Shown: positions 55,786 through 63,584 of the stretch, one piece after another
Layout of the letters: each line of letters begins with the position of its first letter
Numbering within the stretch: the stretch's first letter is position 1
Origin: a bacterium
Lineage (GTDB): Bacteria; Patescibacteriota; Minisyncoccia; Phycocordibacterales; UBA2100
Reading direction: 5' to 3'
DNA length: 64,000 nucleotides
NCBI GenBank assembly: GCA_030674455.1
Contig: JAUSGQ010000002.1
Coordinates: 6,207 to 70,206, forward strand
Made by a program: the position numbers and the translations under genes
The notes under the pieces: generated by a model
Told to the model about the DNA's origin: nothing
What the model saw: the letters and a program-made list of their open reading frames with translations, nothing else
Databases searched by the model: none

Positions 55786-56211
55786 ATGCGCTCCACCAAA
55801 GAAGGGAAAAATCACATAATAATTCTCGAAAGAGGGGAGGATGTAATTCCTTCACTTCTGAAATACTGCACCGAAAACAGGATCACAGCGGGAGTTTTTA
55901 CCGGAGTTGGCGCCGTAAATAAAATAGAAATAGGGTATTACGAATTTGAAACGCGGGAATATCATTTCCGCAAAGAAGAAGGGGATTTTGAAGTCGCTAG
56001 TATGAACGGCAATGTCGCGCTTTTTGAAGGGAAACCGTTTATACATGCGCATGCAGTACTCTCTCGATGCGACAAAACTCTGGAATGCATCGGCGCGCAT
56101 ATCAAGAAATGCTCGGTCGCCATTACGCTGGAGATATTTCTGACGGAAGTTGAAGTTTCGCTTACGCGGGTACACGATGATTTTATCGGACTGAAGTTAT
56201 TAAAGGTATGA
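55786..56211 (+). CDS. PPC/DUF296 domain protein inserted between the two transketolase halves
   Basis: IIILERGEDVIPSLLKYCTENRITAGVFTGVGAVNKIEIGYY...NGNVALFEGKPFIHAHAVL matches the DUF296 (PPC) pattern. Confidence 0.6.
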   Translation: MRSTKEGKNHIIILERGEDVIPSLLKYCTENRITAGVFTGVGAVNKIEIGYYEFETREYHFRKEEGDFEVASMNGNVALFEGKPFIHAHAVLSRCDKTLECIGAHIKKCSVAITLEIFLTEVEVSLTRVHDDFIGLKLLKV

Positions 56212-57230
56212 TTAACAAGGAAATGCATCTTCGGGAGGACTTGTTTTCCGCCAAAGGCGGATCCGCCTCCGGCGGAGATGGTCCAACTATGGTGCCCACA
56301 CGCAACGGATTTGGCAAAGGCGTTGTGGAGGCAGGCCGCGCCGATGTGCGCGTCGTCGTCCTTTCCGCTGATTTGGCGGAATCAACCAGAGCGGACGCGT
56401 TTCAGAAAGAGTTTCCGGAACGGTTTGTAGAAGTAGGAGTAGCCGAGCAAAATATGGCTACTGTGGCGGCCGGAATGGCGGCCTTTGGCAAAATACCCTT
56501 TATCACTTCATACGCGACATTCTCCCCGGGGCGCAATTGGGAGCAGATTCGTACGACTGCCGCCATCAACAATATGCCGGTGAAAGTGTGCGGGATGCAC
56601 GCGGGGCTTCTCACGGGTCCTGACGGCGCGACCCATCAGGCGCTTGAAGACATCGCGCTAATGCGCGCCATGCCGAACATGATTGTCATTTCGCCGTGCG
56701 ACGCAGAGGAAGGGCGCAGAGCTACTCTTGCGGCGGCAAAAACCGGCACACCGGTGTATCTGCGTTTTGGGCGCGACAAAACGCCGGTCATGACTACGCC
56801 GGAAACGCCGTTTGAGATAGGCAAGGCGCAAGTGTTCTGGAAAAGCAACAATCCGAAAGTTGCTGTGTTCGCGACAGGGCATCTTGTACACAGCGCGCTT
56901 CTCGCGGCGCGCGAGCTAGAAGGAAAGGGAATTGGCACCGCTGTCGTAAATGTTCATACCATAAAGCCGTTGGACAAAGACCTGATTGTTTCGCTCGCGC
57001 GCGAAACAGGATCCGTAGTTACCGTGGAGGAACACCAAATAGCAGGCGGACTTGGCGGAGCTATCGCGGAACTTCTCGCGCAAGAATGTCCTACGCCAAT
57101 AGAATTTGTCGGCGTACAAGACAAATTCGGGCAATCAGGCGAACCAAAGGAGTTGTTAGAGGCTTACGGTCTTGGCGTTTCCCACATCATCGAGGCTATA
57201 AAAAAAGCCCTTGCAAGAAGAGGCATCTAA
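56208..57230 (+). CDS. tktC: Transketolase, C-terminal (pyrimidine-binding + C-terminal domain) subunit
   Basis: FGKGVVEAG...VVVLSADLAES...FVEVGVAEQNMATVAAGMA...HAGLLTGPDGATHQALEDIALMRAMPNM. The start overlaps the DUF296 stop. Confidence 0.85.
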   Translation: MINKEMHLREDLFSAKGGSASGGDGPTMVPTRNGFGKGVVEAGRADVRVVVLSADLAESTRADAFQKEFPERFVEVGVAEQNMATVAAGMAAFGKIPFITSYATFSPGRNWEQIRTTAAINNMPVKVCGMHAGLLTGPDGATHQALEDIALMRAMPNMIVISPCDAEEGRRATLAAAKTGTPVYLRFGRDKTPVMTTPETPFEIGKAQVFWKSNNPKVAVFATGHLVHSALLAARELEGKGIGTAVVNVHTIKPLDKDLIVSLARETGSVVTVEEHQIAGGLGGAIAELLAQECPTPIEFVGVQDKFGQSGEPKELLEAYGLGVSHIIEAIKKALARRGI

Positions 57231-57350
57231 TAACCTACTAACCCAGTTGTAATTAATCAATTTGTCTTCAAATGTATACCATGGTATCAAATAGGAGACA
57301 TTTTCAAGGGAGAGGTGTGGTAAATGTGTATCGTGCGGGCGGAGAAAGGT

Positions 57351-58337
57351 CTAGATCTCAGTCATTTGGAAATCGTTCGGTTTTTTTGCGTACAACTCTT
57401 CGACTTGTTTATCCGTTAGAAGGCCGGCTTGGGCGCCGACTCCTTGCACTACTGCCGAGGCGTTTATCATCCCGCGCAAAAGCGCTTCCTTTGGCTCTAG
57501 TCCTTTGATTATGTATGCCACTGTCGTTGACGCGGTCGCGTCTCCAGCGCCAGTGCGATTGACCGGCGGTTTCGGGTCTGGGTACATCGGCGCGCGGTAC
57601 GCGCCTGAATCATCCATAATATAAGCCCCGTTTTGGCCATCGGTTATGACTGCGATTTTCGGCCCAAGCTCGCGCACGCTTGCAAGCAGTTTCTTCACGT
57701 CGCTCTCTTTCGTGCCGAGGATTTGCTGGGCTTCTTCTTTGTTGCAGAAAAATATTTCCGACACGGCGTAGATGTCTTTTAATTCCTCGAGCTTCGAGCG
57801 TATCTGAAATGTGCCGGGCTGAAACGCGAGCTTGACGCCGTTTTCTTTAACATACCGCGCGATGTCGCGCTGCATGTCGTAAGTGCCTTCCGCGAGCGAT
57901 GTGAGGTAAATCCATTTCGGCGGTTCGTCGAAGTTCGGAAGCGAACGCTCGAACAGTTCGTGCTTGATGAGTATCGTACGCTCGGCCTCGTATTGGAGGA
58001 CGTAGTGATAGTTGGTTTTCTGTCCCGCGTGAACTCCGACGTACTCGGTCGCCACATTCGCGGCCTTGAGCGCGTCCATGCACGTTTTACCGTTTAGGTC
58101 ATCGCCGAGCTCGGTTGCGACCGCGCTTTTCAATCCCAACTTCGCGGCCGCGACAGATGCGTTCGGACCGTTGCCGACAGCCGGCACCTCGGTTGCCGAT
58201 TCGAAAGGGATTTTCTGCCCGAACTTCACACACAGCAAACAATTCTCATGGTCGAGGTCGCATTCCACCTTCGCTTCTTTCAGCTTTATAAAACAGTCTG
58301 TCACTATGTCGCCGAATGCTACGAAGTCGTATTTCAT
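57351..58337 (-). CDS. PfkB-family carbohydrate kinase (ribokinase-like)
   Basis: VNRTGAGDATAS (the DTxGAGD signature) and an N-terminal GG-like region. 328 aa. Confidence 0.75.
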   Translation of the reverse strand: MKYDFVAFGDIVTDCFIKLKEAKVECDLDHENCLLCVKFGQKIPFESATEVPAVGNGPNASVAAAKLGLKSAVATELGDDLNGKTCMDALKAANVATEYVGVHAGQKTNYHYVLQYEAERTILIKHELFERSLPNFDEPPKWIYLTSLAEGTYDMQRDIARYVKENGVKLAFQPGTFQIRSKLEELKDIYAVSEIFFCNKEEAQQILGTKESDVKKLLASVRELGPKIAVITDGQNGAYIMDDSGAYRAPMYPDPKPPVNRTGAGDATASTTVAYIIKGLEPKEALLRGMINASAVVQGVGAQAGLLTDKQVEELYAKKPNDFQMTEI

Positions 58338-58342
58338 AGGGA

Positions 58343-58376
58343 CAGTTTACAGTGAACAGTCTACAGTGAACAGGGG
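58343..58376. repeat. Tandem direct repeat (ACAGTYTACAGTGAACAG)x2 immediately upstream of the pfkB-like gene
   Basis: acagtttacagtgaacagtctacagtgaacaggg. A candidate operator. Confidence 0.6.
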
Positions 58377-58488
58377 GTAACAAGAACAGGAACAAAGGAA
58401 CAGTAATATAAAAAGACGAACCCAGCAAAAGCGGCTAGGTTCGCCTTTCCTTTTGCTTGGTTGAGAAATTCCTGCCGACCCTCGGTTC

Positions 58489-58797
58489 CTAGTACATCAG
58501 CGCCTGATCGTCCAGTTTCGGGCCCGCAACTCTTTTCATGTTTTCGAGCATGATACCGAGCGTTCCTTGTTGGCGCTTAAGAATCTCGCGATCAGAACTG
58601 CTCGGAATCATCCCCCAATTATGGGCGAGTGCAATTTGCTCCATGCTTTGGATCCGGAGAGATTCGGCCAGACCAATATTAAATTCCTTAGCAGCTTTCA
58701 GTGCCAAGCGAAAAAATTGTATTGCGTTTTGCCAGTGTGTCATGATTAGTCCTTGGGTAATGAGCCGAGCGTCCCTCGGCGGGTATTCGTGAATCAA
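58489..58797 (-). CDS. Hypothetical protein (102 aa), TTG start
   Basis: ORF only. No SD and a non-ATG start. Confidence 0.3.
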   Translation of the reverse strand: MIHEYPPRDARLITQGLIMTHWQNAIQFFRLALKAAKEFNIGLAESLRIQSMEQIALAHNWGMIPSSSDREILKRQQGTLGIMLENMKRVAGPKLDDQALMY

Positions 58798-58926
58798 CGT
58801 CCAATTACAAGCCAGCCAGCACTATCGCAAATCAGAGAGAGAGTCAATGGAAAGTGGCAGTCAGTAGTTAGTAGAAAGTAGTCAGTATGATACGAGAGAA
58901 ATCCCCAAGGTTTCACCTCAAATGCA

Positions 58927-58977
58927 GAATTCCCGAGGAGACACCTTGCAAATGCCAAGGAGTCACCTCGGGAATTC
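58927..58977. repeat. Family-3 palindromic element GAATTCCCGAGGAGACACCTTGCAAATGCCAAGGAGTCACCTCGGGAATTC
   Basis: 12-bp perfect outer arms (GAATTCCCGAGG/CCTCGGGAATTC). The interior is shared with 12249 and 51907. Confidence 0.85.
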
Positions 58978-59052
58978 TTTGCAAATTGCAAATTGCCAAA
59001 TTGAGATTTCCCGAGTTTTGCATTTTGGTCTTCCTCGGTTATACTCTCGCCC

Positions 59053-59748
59053 ATGTTAGCGCTTGAAATCAAAGCTCGGGAGCCGAATGAGTCGGTAGAT
59101 GCTCTGCGGAAACGCGGCGCAATTCCCGCTGTTTTCTATGGCCCGAAGGAGGGCGCGACCGCGATTTCCATTGATGCTCTTAAGTTTGGCAGTGTCTGGA
59201 AAGAGGCAGGCGAAACAACGGTGATTCAGCTCAAAGGAATCGGCGACGCAAAAGAAACCCTAATTCACGACGTGCAATTCCACCCTGTCACCAGCGTCCC
59301 GCTACACGCAGATTTCTATGTGCTTGAGAAAGGAAAGAAAATCCGCATTAAAGTTCCACTTAAATTTATCGGCGTTGCGCCAGCTGAAAAAGCGGGAAAT
59401 ATTGTTTCCAAGGTATTGCACGAAATCGAAATTGAAGTGGCACCGGCTGAATTGCCGCACGACTTGCCGGTGGACATCGGAGGCCTTGCGAATGTGGGTG
59501 AGCACATTACCGCGGCTGATATAAAACTTCCTCCGAGCGCTGCGCTTATTACGGCTGCAGGCGATATCGTCGTCACCATCATAGAATTTAAAGAAGAAAA
59601 GATAGAAGAACCGGTAGTAGCGGCAGCGGCAGAAGGCGCTCCAGTTGCGGGAGAGGCCGGAGCGGCTCCAGCCGGAGCGGAAGCGGGGGCGCCAAAAGCA
59701 GGAGCACCGGAAGCAAAGAAAGAGGAGAAGAAGGAAGCGAAGAAGTAG
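59053..59748 (+). CDS. rplY: 50S ribosomal protein L25 / general stress protein Ctc, with an Ala/Glu/Pro/Lys-rich low-complexity C-terminal tail
   Basis: The N-terminus KAREPNESVDALRKRGAIPAVFYG matches L25. A TTGCAT, 16-nt spacer, TATACT promoter ends 9 nt before the ATG, which would make the mRNA leaderless. Confidence 0.85.
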   Translation: MLALEIKAREPNESVDALRKRGAIPAVFYGPKEGATAISIDALKFGSVWKEAGETTVIQLKGIGDAKETLIHDVQFHPVTSVPLHADFYVLEKGKKIRIKVPLKFIGVAPAEKAGNIVSKVLHEIEIEVAPAELPHDLPVDIGGLANVGEHITAADIKLPPSAALITAAGDIVVTIIEFKEEKIEEPVVAAAAEGAPVAGEAGAAPAGAEAGAPKAGAPEAKKEEKKEAKK

Positions 59749-59765
59749 TTCGTAACTACTTTGTT

Positions 59766-59828
59766 CAGTTCCCGAGGAGACATCTCCCCCTTTGGGTGAG
59801 CCTGCCAGAGGCAGGCAGGCCTCGGGAA
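59766..59828. repeat. Composite element with family-3 outer arms (TTCCCGAGG...CCTCGGGAA) around a family-1 core (GCCTGCCAGAGGCAGGCAGGC)
   Basis: It links families 1 and 3 as modular variants. Confidence 0.6.
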
Positions 59829-59942
59829 ATGCGGAATAAATCCTGGATTGCTTCGCTACGCTCGCAACGACGAAAATGCCGGAGAGTCACCTCGGAAACG
59901 CAAAAGGAAGGTAACTCGGACATTCCTTGCTATAATTTCTTA

Positions 59943-61226
59943 ATGTCGCGTTCATTCGTCAGTATTTTTGTTTTGTCTCTTTGCTTTTCTTTGCTCGCGC
60001 CGCTTGCGGCGCGAGCAGATGTCATAGCAAATCAGCGTGCGGAACTGGAGCGCCAACTGCAGCAAATCGAACAGGACATAAAGGCGAGTCAGGGTGTCCT
60101 AGCCGTAAAACAGAAACAGCGCGCTTCTCTTGAGCGCGATGCCGCTATCCTTGATGCAAAAATCCAGGTGGCGAAGCTTGGCATCAAGGCAAGAGATATT
60201 AGGATTCAGAAGATACGAAGCGGTATCAGGGATAAGGAAGACGCTATCAGAATGGTAGATGGCAAGGTCGCCAGCGAGCAGGAATCGCTTGCGCAAATAA
60301 TCAGAAGCACCCGTGCGATAGATGAAACGACGCCCGTAGAGCTCGCGCTCGGCGGTTCTCTTAGCGATGTGTTTAATGACATTGATACGTTCCAGACGAT
60401 TCAGGGCGCTTTAAGTGCATCATTCAAAGAGATGGCCACAACGAGAACCGACCTCTCGGCGAGAAGGAAGGCGCTTGAGGAACAACAGCAGGAAGAGCAA
60501 GATTTGCGACAGATACAGGTGCTCCAGCAAAAGTCTTTGCAGAACGACGAAAAGGAGAAAAAGGATTTGGTTTCAGCAGCGCGCGGCCAGGAGTCGGTAT
60601 ATCTTCAGTTGATTGCCGATAAAGAAAAGAGCGCCGCCCAAATACGCGCCGCTTTGTTCGTACTTCGAGATTCGAAGGCAGTAGCATTCGGCGACATCTT
60701 CTCATATGCGAAAGAGGCATCCATAAAAACAGGCGTGCGCCCGGCGTTTATTCTCGGTGTTCTCTCTGAGGAGAGCAACATGGGACAGAACGTGGGGACG
60801 GGAAATTGGATTACCGACATGCATCCGACGCGCGACCGGCCGGTGTTTGCGACAATTACGGCCGCTCTCGGACTCAATCCCGACACGCTGCCGGTTTCCA
60901 AAAAGCCGTGGTATGGATGGGGTGGGGCAATGGGACCGGCGCAATTTATTCCTTCGACTTGGGTTCTTTACCAGGACAGGATAGCGCGCGCGGCCGGGCA
61001 GAATCCTCCGAATCCTTGGGATGCGCGCACGGCGACATTCGCGGCGGCGCTTCTGCTGATGGACAACGGCGCCGACCAGGGCACGCGCGCCACGGAGCGT
61101 CTCGCGGCGCTCCGCTACCTTGCCGGATGGAAGAATGCCAGCAAGTCTGCGTATGCTTTTTATGGCGATGACGTGATGGAGCTGGCGGATAAGTTCCAAT
61201 CACAGATCGACATCCTGGGTGGTTGA
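59943..61226 (+). CDS. Secreted protein with an N-terminal coiled-coil region and a C-terminal lytic-transglycosylase/lysozyme-like domain
   Basis: Signal peptide MSRSFVSIFVLSLCFSLLAPLAARA. Heptad-rich region to ~aa 250. The C-terminal LGVLSEESN (catalytic E-S) and GAMGPAQFIPSTW (the G-x-MQ-x-P-x-T motif) resemble the SLT family. Confidence 0.6.
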   Translation: MSRSFVSIFVLSLCFSLLAPLAARADVIANQRAELERQLQQIEQDIKASQGVLAVKQKQRASLERDAAILDAKIQVAKLGIKARDIRIQKIRSGIRDKEDAIRMVDGKVASEQESLAQIIRSTRAIDETTPVELALGGSLSDVFNDIDTFQTIQGALSASFKEMATTRTDLSARRKALEEQQQEEQDLRQIQVLQQKSLQNDEKEKKDLVSAARGQESVYLQLIADKEKSAAQIRAALFVLRDSKAVAFGDIFSYAKEASIKTGVRPAFILGVLSEESNMGQNVGTGNWITDMHPTRDRPVFATITAALGLNPDTLPVSKKPWYGWGGAMGPAQFIPSTWVLYQDRIARAAGQNPPNPWDARTATFAAALLLMDNGADQGTRATERLAALRYLAGWKNASKSAYAFYGDDVMELADKFQSQIDILGG

Positions 61227-61228
61227 GG

Positions 61229-62012
61229 TTGTACACAAGTCTGACTTGTCGACAAGTCAGACTTGTGTACACTTGTTGTTATATGCGTGTTGAACCATTT
61301 GGCGTGGACTCAATTGTACATGTGGTAAAAAGGGGCGCACGCGGTCTACCAATAACGCGTGATGATGCGGACCGCGGGCGATTTATGAGATTACTCTATT
61401 ATTTGAATGATGAGCATCAAAGCGAATTCTGGGAATTGGACGTTGCGCATCTGCGCGAATTTGAGTGGCCCAAAAGCTGGCCCGAGCGCAAGCCGCTTGT
61501 GCATGTACTCGCATGGACACTGATGCCGAATCATTTTCACCTGCTTTTACAGGAGATACAGGAAGGTGGTGTTTCGCGATTTATGCAACGTCTTTGTGGA
61601 AGCATGTCTCGGCACTTCAATGAGAAATACCAGGAGCACGGAAGTATTTTCCAAGGCGCATACAGAAGTCGCACGATAACCACGGACAGATATTTGCGTT
61701 GGGTTGTTGCATATATTCTTGTGAAAAATGTTTTTGAATTATACCCGGGCGGTTTTAGCAAAGCGTTGAAGGAATTTGAGAAGGCTTGGGAATGGGGAGT
61801 TGGCACCTACAAGTACTCAAGCTTATCCGATTACGCGATTGGCAAGACGACTCCTATTCTTAAGAAAGATCTTACCGAAATGTTCAAAGGACCAGCAGAT
61901 TTCAAGATGTGTGCGCGCGACATGGTCACAAGCCGTTTGGAGGAACTTGCAGGAGTAAATGAAGGAATAGTATTCGAATGATGTCAACACAAGTCAGACT
62001 TGTGTATTTGGC
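61229..62012 (+). mobile_element. RAYT (REP-associated tyrosine transposase) gene bracketed by cognate hairpin repeats
   Basis: The 5' end is a 40-bp perfect palindrome GTACACAAGTCTGACTTGTC|GACAAGTCAGACTTGTGTAC (61231..61270; two head-to-head hairpins). The 3' hairpin ACACAAGT-CAG-ACTTGTGT at 61989..62007 is identical to the right half of the 5' repeat. Confidence 0.7.
61283..61981 (+). CDS. IS200-like Y1 HUH transposase of the REP-associated (RAYT) type
   Basis: HUH motif [15 protein letters not shown]. The downstream [10 protein letters not shown]...[12 protein letters not shown] parallels the RAYT W/FQ..Y....I...YI.NNP catalytic-Tyr region. 232 aa. Confidence 0.7.
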   Translation: MRVEPFGVDSIVHVVKRGARGLPITRDDADRGRFMRLLYYLNDEHQSEFWELDVAHLREFEWPKSWPERKPLVHVLAWTLMPNHFHLLLQEIQEGGVSRFMQRLCGSMSRHFNEKYQEHGSIFQGAYRSRTITTDRYLRWVVAYILVKNVFELYPGGFSKALKEFEKAWEWGVGTYKYSSLSDYAIGKTTPILKKDLTEMFKGPADFKMCARDMVTSRLEELAGVNEGIVFE

Positions 62013-62049
62013 TTGTAATAAGCTGAATTATGGAGTATTCTCTACGAAC

Positions 62050-62325
62050 ATGAAAAAGGACATACACCCAAAGGAGTATCGGCAGGTGATTTTCTCGGAC
62101 AGCACGTCCGGAAAGACTTTTTTGATTGGTTCCACCATAAAAACTACAAAAATCGCAAAGTGGACCGATGGCAAGGAATATCCTGTTTTTAACGTCGAAA
62201 TCTCAAGCGCATCGCATCCTTTTTATACCGGACAGTCAAAGACTATTGATACCGCCGGCCGCGTGGAGAAGTTCAAGACGAGAGCCGCTTCGACCAAAGT
62301 TAAGCCAAAAAAGACAGCGAAGTAG
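62050..62325 (+). CDS. rpmE: 50S ribosomal protein L31, type B (non-zinc-binding)
   Basis: [15 protein letters not shown]...[20 protein letters not shown]. There is no CxxC pair. Confidence 0.85.
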   Translation: MKKDIHPKEYRQVIFSDSTSGKTFLIGSTIKTTKIAKWTDGKEYPVFNVEISSASHPFYTGQSKTIDTAGRVEKFKTRAASTKVKPKKTAK

Positions 62326-62383
62326 CTTCTACAGTATGGCGCGCACGCAGATGCGTGCGCGCCCGTATTCCGTATACTGTATT

Positions 62384-62423
62384 CTGTATACCGAATACTA
62401 AATACCGAATACTAAATACTAAC
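62384..62423 (+). repeat. Tandem 14-bp repeats (ATACCGAATACTAA x2.5) preceded by a 12-bp-stem GC palindrome GGCGCGCACGCA-ga-TGCGTGCGCGCC (62346..62371)
   Basis: Leader region of prfA. Confidence 0.6.
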
Positions 62424-62426
62424 TAT

Positions 62427-63398
62427 ATGGCTGACGAAAAGCACATAGACCCGAATGACTACGCCGACGACAGGCGGGTTTCCTATTTGGTCGCCGAATG
62501 GAAAAAGCTCACGCAGGCGGAAAAGGATGCCGAGGAGCTTATGGAGGTTGATCCGTCAATGAAAGATTTGGGAGAAAAAGAGCTTGCAGAAATTCAGGAA
62601 CAGAAAGAGCGCCTGATTGGAGACATCGAAAAGATAGTCGGTAATGATTCTGAACGTGAATGGCCGAATGAAGTCGTCTTGGAAGTGCGCGCCGGAGTAG
62701 GAGGAGACGAGGCCTCGCTTTTTGCCGAAGAGCTTGCGCGAATGTATCTGCGATACGCGGAAATCAAGGGATGGAAATGGCGACCGCTTGCTGAATCAGC
62801 AGCCACTGTCGGCGGGTACAAAGAAGCGCAGTTTGAAATAAAAGGGGAGAACTGCTACCGCGAGCTTCGTTTTGAAACCGGTGTTCATCGTGTCCAGCGC
62901 GTACCACTCACGGAAAAGGCGGGGCGCATCCACACCTCGACGGCTTCTGTTGCCGTCCTTCCGATATACAAACGAACGAAAATCCAGATTAATCCTTCCG
63001 ACCTTGAAATGGAAACATCGCGCTCGGGCGGAGCGGGCGGGCAGAACGTCAACAAAGTTGAAACGGCGGTGCGCATCATTCACAAGCCGACGGGGATTGA
63101 CGTCAAATGCACCTCCGAGCGCTCGCAGGCACAGAACAGAGAGAAAGCACTCACGCTTTTGAAAAGCCGCCTTCAGCAGGCCCAAGATGAAGCAGAGGCG
63201 CGTGAACGTGCCGCGGAAAGAAAAGCTCAAATAGGCACAGGCGACCGGTCGGAGAAAATCCGCACATACAATTTCCCTCAAGACCGCGTTACCGACCACC
63301 GAATCAAAGAATCATGGTCAAATCTGGAGGGCATCATGGCGGGGAAAATCGGGGACATTCTCCAAACTTTGGACAAAGCCGAAACGGGCGGGGAATGA
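62427..63398 (+). CDS. prfA: Peptide chain release factor 1
   Basis: RVQRVPLTE (the PxT tripeptide), [11 protein letters not shown] (GGQ), and [14 protein letters not shown], which parallels E. coli RF1. Confidence 0.9.
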   Translation: MADEKHIDPNDYADDRRVSYLVAEWKKLTQAEKDAEELMEVDPSMKDLGEKELAEIQEQKERLIGDIEKIVGNDSEREWPNEVVLEVRAGVGGDEASLFAEELARMYLRYAEIKGWKWRPLAESAATVGGYKEAQFEIKGENCYRELRFETGVHRVQRVPLTEKAGRIHTSTASVAVLPIYKRTKIQINPSDLEMETSRSGGAGGQNVNKVETAVRIIHKPTGIDVKCTSERSQAQNREKALTLLKSRLQQAQDEAEARERAAERKAQIGTGDRSEKIRTYNFPQDRVTDHRIKESWSNLEGIMAGKIGDILQTLDKAETGGE

Positions 63399-63584
63399 GT
63401 GATAACATCCCGTTTTTGCGACCGCGAGCGAAGCGTGGCGGGAAGCAAACCAGGGCATAACAACGAAGCCAAGACCTGGATTGCTTCGCAGAGCTCGCAA
63501 TGACGCGGTGCCGTATTTCCGAGACAATTATCGCGCAATGACATGGTGCTTATGCGTAAAATCCAATGCTAGAATGGTCACACA

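Noticed and set aside
58343-58376. Possible LexA/SOS box in the ACAGT/CAGTGAACAG tandem repeats
   Set aside because: Neither CTGT-N8-ACAG nor GAAC-N4-GTTC is present in the right spacing. I treat it as a generic tandem repeat.
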